Source: Deltaproteobacteria bacterium
Lineage (GTDB): Bacteria > Myxococcota > Kuafuiibacteriia > Kuafuiibacteriales > Kuafuiibacteriaceae
Assembly (NCBI GenBank): GCA_040218735.1
Contig: JAVJQW010000061.1
Coordinates: forward strand, 160,001 to 224,000
Direction of reading: 5' to 3'
Length of the DNA: 64,000 nucleotides
In this document: piece by piece, positions 38,475-49,284 of the stretch
Numbering within the stretch: the first letter of the stretch is position 1
How the letters are laid out: every line of letters starts with the position of its first letter
The notes under the pieces: generated by a model
Seen by the model: only the letters and a program-made list of their open reading frames with translations
Databases searched by the model: none
Told to the model about the DNA's origin: nothing
Program-made: the position numbers and the translations under genes

Positions 38475-38640
38475 CCCTTGAACTTGAACTTGCCCTTGAA
38501 CTTGCCCTCGACTGGGAGTGATTCCTGCCAACGCGATGCGCTCCAGGGCTACCGTTAGTCCTTGCCCTGGTTCCCGTCGGGTCACCCGGAATCGACGCCG
38601 TGCTCGAGGGCAAGGTAAAGGGCAAGTTCAAGTTCAAGGG
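38475..38640. repeat. MITE-like element: 37-bp inverted repeats built from hexamers, 92-bp interior
   Basis: 38475-38511 CCCTTGAACTTGAACTTGCCCTTGAACTTGCCCTCGA matches the reverse complement of 38604-38640 at 35/37 positions. Confidence 0.85.
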
Positions 38641-38664
38641 GCGCTGCGGACTTCGTCCTCGCGC

Positions 38665-39966
38665 CTACGGCTCCAAATCCAACCACCTCCCCCGGTACGT
38701 CGCCCACCCCTTCCCGAAGGCCTTCGCCGCCGACGTCACGTTGATCGCCCACCAGATCCCCGCCGCGCCGAAGCCGAGGGGCAGCGCGAGCGCCCAGGCC
38801 ATCGGGACGCGCACGATGTTGAACGGCGCGGACCACCAGAAGACCGTCTTGGTGTCGCCCGCGCCCGCGAGGACGCCCTCGGCGAGGGCCTCCCAGGCGA
38901 CGCAGGTCTGGGTGAAGGCGAGGATGGTCGCGTACTCGATCGCCGCGGCGTGCACGACCGGGTCGTCGGTGAAGAATCCCGTCAGCGGCTCGCCCGCGAA
39001 GTAGAACGCGAGCGATGCGGCGACGCCGAGCGCGGTGGTGATTGGGAACGCGAGGCGGACCGTTCGGCGCGCAGCCTCTTTGTCACGCGCGCCGAGCTGC
39101 CGACCGACGAGGCTCGCAGCGCCGAGCGACACGCCGTGGAAGACGGGCCACGTGAAGCCTTCGAGCGCCGAGAACCCGATCCCGAGCGCCGCGTTCACGG
39201 ACGGTCCGAGCGGCGACACACTCGTCTTGAGGAGCATCCAGTATACCCCCGCGTAAAGCAGTGTATTGAGTGTAATCGGTAGCCCGATACGCGTGACGCG
39301 GCGCAGGCCGGCGGGTCGAACGTCGCCGAGCCGCAGGCCGATGATGCGCACCAGCGCGACGTACCCGATCGCCGTCGCGACGAAGCGCGACGCCGTGGAG
39401 GCGAGCGCCGCACCCACGATGCCGTGCGACTCGATCAGGTACGGCGTCAGCACGAGGTTGAGCGCGAGCGTCAACGCGTGCAGCAGCAGCGGGCCCTTCG
39501 CGTACCCCATCGCGAGGAACACCTGGTCGACGAGCGGCGTGAACACCAGCGGAAGGATCGTGATCGAGACGGTGAAGAGGTAACGCTCGCACTCGACGGC
39601 CGCCTGCCCTTCGAGGCCGAGGGAGGACACGATCCACGGCGCACCCACGGCGCCGAGCACCATGAGCACCCCGCTGATCATGAACGCGCCGAACGTCGCC
39701 GCCCCGAAGTGCTGACGCCTCGACGCCGGGTCGTTCGCGCCCGTCGCCCGCGCGACGAGCGGCGCGGCGCCCCCCGCCACCAACTCGAACACCGCGTAGA
39801 ATGCGATGAGCACGTAGATCGACGAGCCGATGGCCGCCTGCGCATCCACCGAGATGCGCTGCACGAAGTACTGGTCGACGATGCGGTACGAGTTCGTGAG
39901 CACCGTGAACAGCGCGCTCGGGACGGCGAGCCGGATCAGCTCGGCGAGCGGCGCGCGGTGCTCCAA
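38665..39966 (-). CDS. MATE family efflux transporter
   Basis: LIRLAVP, VDQYFV, VARATGA, GIVGAALA, VGRQLGA, GAGDTK, GIWWA; about 12 TM; TTG start. Confidence 0.9.
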   Translation of the reverse strand: MEHRAPLAELIRLAVPSALFTVLTNSYRIVDQYFVQRISVDAQAAIGSSIYVLIAFYAVFELVAGGAAPLVARATGANDPASRRQHFGAATFGAFMISGVLMVLGAVGAPWIVSSLGLEGQAAVECERYLFTVSITILPLVFTPLVDQVFLAMGYAKGPLLLHALTLALNLVLTPYLIESHGIVGAALASTASRFVATAIGYVALVRIIGLRLGDVRPAGLRRVTRIGLPITLNTLLYAGVYWMLLKTSVSPLGPSVNAALGIGFSALEGFTWPVFHGVSLGAASLVGRQLGARDKEAARRTVRLAFPITTALGVAASLAFYFAGEPLTGFFTDDPVVHAAAIEYATILAFTQTCVAWEALAEGVLAGAGDTKTVFWWSAPFNIVRVPMAWALALPLGFGAAGIWWAINVTSAAKAFGKGWATYRGRWLDLEP

Positions 39967-39987
39967 AGCGCGCGGAGCGTACCTGGA

Positions 39988-41094
39988 TCAGCTCGCGGAA
40001 CCCATCCCGAGTGCTTCGTGCGCGGTGCTTCTCCACATGGCGAAGCTCGGGACGGACTCGGCGTCGGCTTCGTTGAGGACCTGCTCGGCGACGTAGACCG
40101 CGGCGGCGACGTCCAACGGGCCTTCGCCGACGACCTCGGCTTCGTGGTGCGCCGCGGTCGCCCAGACGATCTGGTACGGGAGCCCCCACAGACCGGTGAG
40201 ATACGCGCCGAGCTCGGCGTGGGTCACGCCAATGACACTCTGCTCCTGCTCGATGTCCCCGTCGGAGTCGACGATCGGCGAGGCGGCCGGGAGCTCGGAG
40301 GCGACGACGAGGCGGCCGACGTCGTGGAGGAGGCCGGCGAGGAACGCGTCGTCGCGATCCTTGGGGCGCGAGACGATCGCGCGCGCGGCGACCGCGACGT
40401 CGACGGAGTGGCGGTGAATCTTCTCGATGAGCTTCTGGTTCGGACCCGACGCCACCGCCATGAAGACCTCCTGCGCCAACACGAGGTCGCGCACGGTGCG
40501 CGTCCCGAGGCGACCCACCGCGTCGATGACGTTGCGCACGCCGCGTCCACGGGAGAAGTACGGCGTGTTCGCGACGCGGATGATCTCGGTCGAGATCGCG
40601 ACGTCGCTCTCGACCACCTTGCCGACCGCACGGAAGTTCGCGTCGGGGCGCTTCAGCATCTGGACGAGGCGACCGTAGACCTTGGGCTGCGACGGCAGGT
40701 GCTCGACCCGGCCGACGAGCTTCCGGATCCCCTCGTCCTGGATGAGCATCTCGAGGTCGACCGCCTGGGAGATCAGCCCGACGAGCTTGCCGAGCTCGAT
40801 GTCGGGCTCGACGATCTGGTGCGACGCAAACAGCGCGCGGAGGCGCGCGTCGATGTCGTCCTCGGCCGAGCGCACGATGCGCGCCGTGGTCGGGTGGAAG
40901 TCACGAACGCGTCGTATGAACTCGACGGAGTCGGGCACGCTGGACACGACGACGGCGTAGCTGTTTCGCGACATCAGGTTCATCGCCTGACGACTGGTGT
41001 CGGCGATGTCGATGTCCCACGGCACGACGCCGGACAGCGCCTTCTTGATGTGGTTCTGAGCTTCGGGGTGATCTTCGACGAATAGAACGCGCAC
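39988..41094 (-). CDS. Response regulator with HDOD domain
   Basis: N-terminal receiver-like VLFVED; LPSQP, AGLLHDVG, HAELGAYL..WGLP, HH. Confidence 0.88.
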   Translation of the reverse strand: MRVLFVEDHPEAQNHIKKALSGVVPWDIDIADTSRQAMNLMSRNSYAVVVSSVPDSVEFIRRVRDFHPTTARIVRSAEDDIDARLRALFASHQIVEPDIELGKLVGLISQAVDLEMLIQDEGIRKLVGRVEHLPSQPKVYGRLVQMLKRPDANFRAVGKVVESDVAISTEIIRVANTPYFSRGRGVRNVIDAVGRLGTRTVRDLVLAQEVFMAVASGPNQKLIEKIHRHSVDVAVAARAIVSRPKDRDDAFLAGLLHDVGRLVVASELPAASPIVDSDGDIEQEQSVIGVTHAELGAYLTGLWGLPYQIVWATAAHHEAEVVGEGPLDVAAAVYVAEQVLNEADAESVPSFAMWRSTAHEALGMGSAS

Positions 41095-41175
41095 TGCGGG
41101 GACCCTCGTGCACGTTGAGATCGGTCGAGTATGCGCTCGCGGTACGCTGCGGCACCGGCGGTGTTTCGTTTCGGA

Positions 41176-42900
41176 TCACCAGCCGGCGCGGGCGCGCCGG
41201 TCGCGTAGCCAGGCCCTGAACTCGGGCGCAGGCCGGGTGTTCACCACGTCCGCCGCGCGCGCCCAGCCGCGCCGAGCGAGCGGGACGCCGAGGTCGCGGC
41301 TGTAGTCGAGCTGGGCGACGCGGTGCGCGTCGGAGTCGAGCATGAGCTCGACGCCGGCTTCGAGCGCGCGCCGAATCAATGTGGAAGACAGGTCGAGGCG
41401 CGGCGCGAAGGCGTCGATCTCCAGCGCCGTACCGGTGCGCTTCGCGGCGGCGAGCACCGCGTCGAAGTCGAAGTCGATCGGCGCGCGACGGCCGAGTACG
41501 CGGGTCGTCGGGTGGAAGTAGACATCGACCGCGGGGTGCTCGATGGCCTTCACGATGCGCGCGGTCATCGCGGCGCGATCGAGGTCGAACGCGGAGTGGA
41601 TCGCGGCGCCGACGAAGTCGAGGTTCTTCAGGGACTCGTCCGGGAGATCGAGTGAACCGTCGGCGAGGATGTTCACCTCCGAGCCCTTGAGGAGCTCGAT
41701 GTCGTCGAGCTTCGCGTCGAGCGCGTCGATGTAGTCGCCTTGTTCCGCCAACCGCTCCGGGTCGAGGCCACCGGCGACGCCGAGCCCGTGGGAGTGGTCG
41801 GTGACGGCGAAGTACGCGTAGCCGAGCGCGCGGGCCTTCGCGACCATGGCCTCGATCGAGTCACGCCCGTCCGACCACTCCGTCTGCGTCTGCAAGTCAC
41901 CTTGCACGTCGGGCGCTTCGATCAGGGACGGGAGCCCGCCGGCCATGATGGCGCGAAACTCCGCTTCCCCGTCACGCAGCTCGGGCGGAATGAACGGGAG
42001 ACCGAGCGCCGCGTAGATCGCCTCTTCGGTTTCCGCCGCAACGAGGTCCGTACCGCGGTGGACGCCGTCGCGGTCGAGGCGCAGGCCCTTCATCTCGGCG
42101 AACGTGGCGAGGGACTCGAGGTGCCGCTCGCTCCCGGTGGCAAACAGGAGCGCCGCGCCGAAGGCCCGCGGCGGAACGATCGTGAGCTCGGCGACGAACC
42201 CGTCGACGTGCTCGACACGCAGCCCATCGAGCACCACGTCCACGCCGTCGAGCCTCTGGAACACCCGCGCGACCGCGTCGCGATCCTCTGCCCCCACGAG
42301 GAGCTGCGCGCACGGGACCCGCTCGTCGAACCGGCGCAGGGGACCCGCGAACGAAGCGCCGCGCAGCTCCACCTCGCCGGCGAGCGCTTCGAGCACCGTG
42401 CGCGCCGGGACGTAGACCCGCCCGACGACCTCGCTGCGATCGATGATGCCCGCCTCCAGGCTCCGCGCGACGCGCGCGCCCTTCTTCCCGCGGAAGCCGG
42501 GCACCTTGGCGAGCGCGCCCTTCTTTGCCGCGTCGGCGAGCGCCGCACGGGACGTTACGCCGAGGGTGTCGAAGAGGACCCGCGCCTGCTTGGGCCCGAC
42601 ACCCTCCACGGAGGTGAGGTCGACGATGTCGAACGGATGCTGCCCGCGCGCGGACTCCAGCTCGGCGATCGCGCCGGTCTTCGCGAGCTCGACGATCTTC
42701 TTCGCGATGCCCTTGCCGATCTTCGGCAGCGCGACGAGCCCGGCCTCCCCACGCTCCTCGGCGAGCTGCGTGAGTGAGATCCGCTGCGCGCGGATCGTAT
42801 CGACGGCGTCCCGGTACGCGCGCACGCGGAAGCGCTCACCCTCGAGGTCGGCGTACAGCGCGAGCGCGTCGAGCGCCCGGATGATCGCGCGGTTCGACAT
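41176..42900 (-). CDS. polX: DNA polymerase X/PHP protein, non-canonical
   Basis: FRVRAY, LPKIGKGIA, GVGPK HhH motifs; ATGS, IPPELR; PHP TDHS, HPT, DSDAH. Confidence 0.9.
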   Translation of the reverse strand: MSNRAIIRALDALALYADLEGERFRVRAYRDAVDTIRAQRISLTQLAEERGEAGLVALPKIGKGIAKKIVELAKTGAIAELESARGQHPFDIVDLTSVEGVGPKQARVLFDTLGVTSRAALADAAKKGALAKVPGFRGKKGARVARSLEAGIIDRSEVVGRVYVPARTVLEALAGEVELRGASFAGPLRRFDERVPCAQLLVGAEDRDAVARVFQRLDGVDVVLDGLRVEHVDGFVAELTIVPPRAFGAALLFATGSERHLESLATFAEMKGLRLDRDGVHRGTDLVAAETEEAIYAALGLPFIPPELRDGEAEFRAIMAGGLPSLIEAPDVQGDLQTQTEWSDGRDSIEAMVAKARALGYAYFAVTDHSHGLGVAGGLDPERLAEQGDYIDALDAKLDDIELLKGSEVNILADGSLDLPDESLKNLDFVGAAIHSAFDLDRAAMTARIVKAIEHPAVDVYFHPTTRVLGRRAPIDFDFDAVLAAAKRTGTALEIDAFAPRLDLSSTLIRRALEAGVELMLDSDAHRVAQLDYSRDLGVPLARRGWARAADVVNTRPAPEFRAWLRDRRARAGW

Positions 42901-42906
42901 GCGGCG

Positions 42907-43605
42907 TCAGAACGCCTTCGGCTTGCAGTTCACGACCTCGCCCGCCGGTTGCCCCTGCCCCGTACACCCCGCGGCCTTTGCGATCGCCGGCACCGGCGCG
43001 ACGATGGTTCCGCGGCCGGCGTTGTCGCTGCCGAAGAGGAAGACACTCTTGTCGCCGTCGCCGTCCAGATCGCCGACGGCGGCGCAGGTGAAGTCGTCGG
43101 CCTCGCCTCCGACCGTGGCGCACGCGTAGCGGAAGTACGTGCCGCCCGGGTCCATGTCGAACGAAAGGCAGGCGAAACTGGTGCACGCGGAGACGTCGGC
43201 CTTGCAGGCGTCCGCACAGGCCGCCGGGTTCCACGGCCCTCTTTCGTCCGACGCCCCGCCCCCGGTCGGCGCCGCCGCGACGTAGCCATGGTTGATCATC
43301 GCGAACATCTCTTGGCCGGCGTTGACCTGGGTCAGGACGACGCGCGGCTCCGCCTGCCGCGACCGCATCTTGTAGCGGACGAAGTTCGGGATCGCGATCG
43401 CCGCGAGGATCCCCGCGATGAAGAAGAACACCACGGACATGACGATGCTCGCGATCGCGAGACCCTCACCGCCGAGCTGCCCCTGAGACTTCCGGATCTG
43501 CATCAGCGCGATCACGCCGACGAGCGCGCCGATAGGCCCGCACGCGATCGCGAGGATCAGCGCGATGATCGCGAGCGTGGAGGTCTTGGGTTTGGGGTCC
43601 GGCAT
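42907..43605 (-). CDS. DUF4190 domain fused to a type IV pilin-like domain
   Basis: LAIIALIL...G.IAL.QI.....GG.GLAIA (DUF4190) then GILAAIAIPNF.RY..RS..AE and A.GDLDGD (PilA-like). Confidence 0.75.
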   Translation of the reverse strand: MPDPKPKTSTLAIIALILAIACGPIGALVGVIALMQIRKSQGQLGGEGLAIASIVMSVVFFFIAGILAAIAIPNFVRYKMRSRQAEPRVVLTQVNAGQEMFAMINHGYVAAAPTGGGASDERGPWNPAACADACKADVSACTSFACLSFDMDPGGTYFRYACATVGGEADDFTCAAVGDLDGDGDKSVFLFGSDNAGRGTIVAPVPAIAKAAGCTGQGQPAGEVVNCKPKAF

Positions 43606-43630
43606 GGCGGCCGGAGTCTAGCAGCTCCCT

Positions 43631-45172
43631 TTAGAAGCAGGCCCCGCGGCTCGACATCTGCACCGTGTTGGTCGGGTTGAACGTCCCGTTCATGCCGTCC
43701 CACGTCACCACGCCCACCTGCCACAGCTGGTTGCACGTGAAGTTCGGGCGGCGGAACGTCCCGGCGAGCGTGCCCGCGAGGTAGACTTCGACCGACGCCT
43801 CCGTAGGACGATTGAGGATGTCGGAGGAGTAGAAGTGCACCCAGACCTCGTAGGTCCCGGGGGCGCTCGCGCCGAGGTTGATCGTCTCGGGGCCGAAGCC
43901 GTCGAGGTCGTCGACGTCGAGGAACGGGTTGTCCGTCTGGTCGTTCGCCACGCCCCAGTCGGGGGACAAGTTCGCGTAGTAGCAGTCGTCGTTGCTGAAC
44001 GTGCTGCCACCGCCGCGCACGAGGTGGATGTCGACGTCGTGCTGGTTGGTGTTCCAGGTGAGGATCGCCGTCAGCGCCGTAACATCGGGCGGCGGCGGGA
44101 TGACCTCGCCGGAGAGCGTCACGACCGCCTGCTGCACGCCGCTCGAACCGTTGTAGTCGATGACCATCGTTTCGTTCACCTGACGCGGCAGGCCCTCGGG
44201 GTGGAAGTCGACGTCGATGCTCACCGACGACCCCGCCATCAGATCCGCGTTCGCGACAGGCGTCGGCAGCCGGAACATCGAGCTGCTCGTCGACGCGCCG
44301 ATCAGACGCACCGGACCGCCCATCGCCGTGCACGACACGGAACGCGTCGCCATCGTCCCGCGCTCGACCGGCCCGAACGCGAGCAGCGACGGGTTGCACA
44401 CCACGTTGCCGGCCGGCGTGAGGCCGGTGCCGCCGAGGAGGAGCTCCAGCGGCGCGTGGGAGTTGTCCGGCGTGTGCAGGTACATCACGTCGTTGTACGG
44501 AATGGACTGCTGCGGCGTGAACACGACGTCGAGCTGCGCGGAGCCACCCGCCGGGATCGTGAGCGGCAGCGAGCTCGTGAGGTAGGGATCGCCGGCGCGG
44601 ATGTCGACACCGCTCGACATCAGCACCGCGCGCGAGAGCACACCGTCCGCGGTGCCGGTGTTCTGCACCGTGACCGACGCCTGCTGCGTGGTGTTCACCG
44701 CGACCGTGCCGAAGTCGAGCATGTTCGGGACGAGCGTCAGCACCGGCACCGCGCGAATGACGCCGGACGCGGTGATGTCGAGCGTGATGACGACCTCGTC
44801 GCTGATGACACGGATCTGCTCGGTGCGGACCTCCTCCTGCTCGGGGAAGTAGAGCACTTCGAAGTCGACCGTCTCGCCCGACGCCATCGTGCGTCCTTCG
44901 AGCAGGCCCTTGAGCCCGCGCAGCGTGAAGTTCGCGGGGACCTCGACGGTGTCGATCTTCAACACCGGACGCCCGGTGTTCTTCAGCACCACCGGGATCG
45001 CCGCGTTCATGCCGACCGGTACTTCACCGAAGTCGATCGCCGCCGGCTCGAACGCGCCGGTGACCGTGAGCACGGCCACGCCGCCGTCGTCCTGACAGGA
45101 CATGAGCATCGCTGAGGCGAGGCTCAGGAAGACGAAGGGGCGGGCGAAATTCGGGAGAGGCACGGTGGTCAT
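43631..45172 (-). CDS. Lipoprotein with three Ig-like (choice-of-anchor D/ASH) domains and a C-terminal YfaP-like domain
   Basis: Lipobox LMSC; repeated P..[IL]DFG.V....NTG; LTW....DVDIHL, LDVDD..GFGPETI. Confidence 0.78.
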   Translation of the reverse strand: MTTVPLPNFARPFVFLSLASAMLMSCQDDGGVAVLTVTGAFEPAAIDFGEVPVGMNAAIPVVLKNTGRPVLKIDTVEVPANFTLRGLKGLLEGRTMASGETVDFEVLYFPEQEEVRTEQIRVISDEVVITLDITASGVIRAVPVLTLVPNMLDFGTVAVNTTQQASVTVQNTGTADGVLSRAVLMSSGVDIRAGDPYLTSSLPLTIPAGGSAQLDVVFTPQQSIPYNDVMYLHTPDNSHAPLELLLGGTGLTPAGNVVCNPSLLAFGPVERGTMATRSVSCTAMGGPVRLIGASTSSSMFRLPTPVANADLMAGSSVSIDVDFHPEGLPRQVNETMVIDYNGSSGVQQAVVTLSGEVIPPPPDVTALTAILTWNTNQHDVDIHLVRGGGSTFSNDDCYYANLSPDWGVANDQTDNPFLDVDDLDGFGPETINLGASAPGTYEVWVHFYSSDILNRPTEASVEVYLAGTLAGTFRRPNFTCNQLWQVGVVTWDGMNGTFNPTNTVQMSSRGACF

Positions 45173-45276
45173 AACGCGGTAATCCACACGATACGCCCAT
45201 CGGTCACCAAGAGGGCGGAAATTGCCCACATGCCCCTCGGATGTGTTTCAGATCGAGCCGCCCGGAGGCGCTTTTT

Positions 45277-45831
45277 TCACTTGGATTCCAAAGGTTTGAG
45301 CATCGACTTCCGATAGTGCGCGAGCTCCTTGATGGACTCCCGGACGTCGGAGAGCGCGGTGTGGTCCGTCGTGCCCTTGGAGTACAACGCCGAGGATCCG
45401 TACCAGCGGCGCCCCAGCTCCTTGAGCGTCGAGACGTCCACCATCCGGTAGTGCAAGTACCCATGTAGCACCGGGAAGTACTTCTGGATGAACCGCCGGT
45501 CCTGGTGGATGGAGTTGCCGGCCAGCACCCCCTCGCCCACGCCGGTGTGCGCGGCGACGACCTGCATCACCTTGCGCTCCGCCTCGGCGAGGCTCGTGCC
45601 CGATTTACGCACTGCGTCGAGCAGCCCGTTCGTCGTGTGCATGTCCTGGACGATCGGCTCCATCCGCTCCAACACGGATTCGGGCTGCCAGATCGTGTAC
45701 TCACACGACGCGCGCTCCTCGAGCTCCTTGTTGGTGATGACGACGGCGATCTGAAGCGGGACACACACGTCGGGGTCCAGGCCCGTCATCTCCATGTCGA
45801 GCCAAACGAGGTGGTCCTTGCTGTGCGCCAT
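45277..45831 (-). CDS. orn: Oligoribonuclease
   Basis: LVWLDMEMTGLD, MHT.NGL, LAGNSIHQDRRF, HYRMVDVSTLKEL, HTALSDVRESI.EL..YR. Confidence 0.96.
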   Translation of the reverse strand: MAHSKDHLVWLDMEMTGLDPDVCVPLQIAVVITNKELEERASCEYTIWQPESVLERMEPIVQDMHTTNGLLDAVRKSGTSLAEAERKVMQVVAAHTGVGEGVLAGNSIHQDRRFIQKYFPVLHGYLHYRMVDVSTLKELGRRWYGSSALYSKGTTDHTALSDVRESIKELAHYRKSMLKPLESK

Positions 45832-45847
45832 CGAGGGGAGTCGTACC

Positions 45848-47058
<1,211 letters not shown>

Positions 47059-47062
<4 letters not shown>

Positions 47063-47598
47063 GAGTCACCCTCGGGCATCTCGTCGCCCTCGGGCAGCGG
47101 CGGGTCCTCGGGCTCCTTCGGCGCGGGCTCCTTCGGCTTGATCGGCTTCTTCGGCGCGGGCTTGGCCTTCGGCTTCGCCTTCGCCTTGGCGGGCGCTGCC
47201 GCGGCGGGCGCGCGTTTTTCGACCATCGCCTCGTCCTGCGCGTCGGGCATGCCTTCGCGCTCCGGGCCGGGGCGGCACTTGGCGCGCGTGCGGATCGTCG
47301 GGCGCGTCGCACCCATCTTCTCCTTGGTCTTCGCCTCCGCGATCATCCGCGCGACGCGCGCGCACGCGCGGGACTTTCGGGCGAAGTCCACGGCGAGCTC
47401 GAAGTCGGCGTAGGACTGCTCCTCGCGCGCCTTGTGCAGGTACGCCTCGGCGGCCGTGTACTCGAACGGCGCGAGCTCGTTCGCTTGTGCGGTGTCGGCC
47501 GCGGCGAGCTCGGCCGCGGCGTCGACGATCAGCGTCGAAGACTGCACGGGGCCACAGGCCGCGCCCGCGAACCACAGCAGAGCGAAGACGCGCTTCAC
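47059..47598 (-). CDS. DUF4398-like lipoprotein
   Basis: Lipobox GAAC; APFEYTAAEAYLHKAREE; Lys/Pro-rich tail. Confidence 0.75.
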
Positions 47599-47608
47599 GG
47601 AGGCCACC

Positions 47609-48253
47609 TCAACTGGTTCGGGTAGCACTGGACAGGGAGGCCGGCAAGTTTGCCGGCGCCTGCGCGCGCAGCGCGGGGAGATCCTCCCCCAGCTCGATGT
47701 GCCGCCGTACGTGCAGCAACGCATACGCGAACACACTCACCACCGCGCCGCCGATCAGCACGAGCGGCAGGAACAGCGCCGAGCCGAAGAGGGACAGCGT
47801 GGGGCCGTCGTAGTGGAAGCTGTCGTAGAAGGCGACGGTGAACAGGCGGTCGAACCCGAACCCGACCACGAAGAGGAACACGAGAGCCCAGGATCCGAGC
47901 GCCGCGCGCCGAGGCCCCGGGCGCCGCTCCGCGAACAACCGCAGCGTGGCGAGGAACCCGAGCGGCGGCGTCAGCGCGTAGAGCACGAACAGGAACGGGA
48001 TCATCATCGCGAGCGACAGGTGCTTCGGGTCCGCGAGGTACATCAGCGACCAGTCCGGGTAGAGCAGGTAGAGCGCGAGGCCCGCGGGCGCGAGCGCCGC
48101 GAACCCGAAGAAGCCCGCGACGACGAAGTAGCGGCTCTTCATCGGCTCGGTCACACGCGCGAGCGCCCGGCGCGCGACGAGCGCGAGGACGGCGCCGGCA
48201 GCCCAGCCGGCGAGCGCTGTGACGGGGACGGTGATGGCCGACGATAGGTTCAA
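47609..48253 (-). CDS. Hypothetical membrane protein
   Basis: About five TM segments; YPDWSLMY motif. Confidence 0.65.
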   Translation of the reverse strand: MNLSSAITVPVTALAGWAAGAVLALVARRALARVTEPMKSRYFVVAGFFGFAALAPAGLALYLLYPDWSLMYLADPKHLSLAMMIPFLFVLYALTPPLGFLATLRLFAERRPGPRRAALGSWALVFLFVVGFGFDRLFTVAFYDSFHYDGPTLSLFGSALFLPLVLIGGAVVSVFAYALLHVRRHIELGEDLPALRAQAPANLPASLSSATRTS

Positions 48254-48323
48254 TTCGCCGCCGCTGTCATCCGGCGGGTGAGGGGATGAGGGCGCGGGGC
48301 GGACAACCTCGGCCGGTGGCGCC

Positions 48324-48746
48324 TCAGGCCATGAGGTAGCGCATCACGAAGATGGCCTCGCCGGTGAGGACGGAGACCATCCAGAACGCGACGAGGACGT
48401 ACGAGCCGGTCCGGTGGCGGCGGAACCAGGGCTCGCGGCCCTTGGCGACGTCGACCAGCGAGATGAAGTACAGCACCGCCAGCGTCAGGAACATCAGCAG
48501 CGACAGCGTCCCGTGGCCGGCGAAGAAGAGCTTCATGCCCTGCGACAGCTCGCTCCCGCGGTCGGCCTTGGCGGCCATCGACGCCATGTAGACCACGTTG
48601 ACGCAGAACTCGAAGAGGATGACCGACCCGAGGAGCACCTTCGGGAACGGCTTGCCGTTGAGCGTGGTGAAGATCGCGTACAGGACCCCGATCGTCACGA
48701 AGATCTCCGAGATCGCGGAGAAGATGGAGAACGGCGGGATGTCCAT
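48324..48746 (-). CDS. DUF420-like small membrane protein
   Basis: AAAGGA RBS, ATG 48746; four TM; HGTLS and W.VS..TG motifs. Confidence 0.6.
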   Translation of the reverse strand: MDIPPFSIFSAISEIFVTIGVLYAIFTTLNGKPFPKVLLGSVILFEFCVNVVYMASMAAKADRGSELSQGMKLFFAGHGTLSLLMFLTLAVLYFISLVDVAKGREPWFRRHRTGSYVLVAFWMVSVLTGEAIFVMRYLMA

Positions 48747-48760
48747 GCGGCGTCCTTTCT

Positions 48761-49204
48761 CTACTTGAAGTAGCGGCGAAGTCCATAGCCGCTGTGGAAG
48801 CACCCGAGCGCGACCAGCGCGATCGCGGAGATGACGTGGATCGTCGAGATCGTGGAGCCGCTCGGCATCGGGACGAATTGCCCGTACACGCCGGTGCCCG
48901 CCGCGACGAGCCACACGAGCACCGTGATGTAACCGGACCACCGCTGCAGCACGCGACGCCACATGCGCCAGGTGCGTTTGAGGTGCAGCCACAGGTACCA
49001 ACCGCCCACGACGATCGCGAGGTCGCCGGAGATGTCGTGCACGACGATCATCCCGTCGAACACGACCTTCATCGTGTCGGGGTAGCAGTAGATGAACGTG
49101 CCGGTGGTCGTGGCGATCGTCGCGAGCGCCGCGAGGAGGATCAGCGGACGGCGCGCGGGATCCACGGCCTCCGCGGCGGAGGACTGGAGCTCGACGGACT
49201 CCAT
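48761..49204 (-). CDS. His-bearing 4-TM protein (DUF4405/cytochrome b-like)
   Basis: TM helices with HDISG..LWLHL and IHVISA..CFHS His pairs. Confidence 0.55.
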   Translation of the reverse strand: MESVELQSSAAEAVDPARRPLILLAALATIATTTGTFIYCYPDTMKVVFDGMIVVHDISGDLAIVVGGWYLWLHLKRTWRMWRRVLQRWSGYITVLVWLVAAGTGVYGQFVPMPSGSTISTIHVISAIALVALGCFHSGYGLRRYFK

Positions 49205-49284
49205 GCTGACCGGAACCTACCATGCACGACGATCGATCGTGCTAGGCTCGACAGCCGATCATCCGCACGCCGGTCCAAAAAAAC

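Noticed and set aside
45257-45277. Intrinsic terminator (CGCC-CGGA-GGCG plus T-run)
   Set aside because: Short stem and the T-run is on the strand opposite the flanking genes
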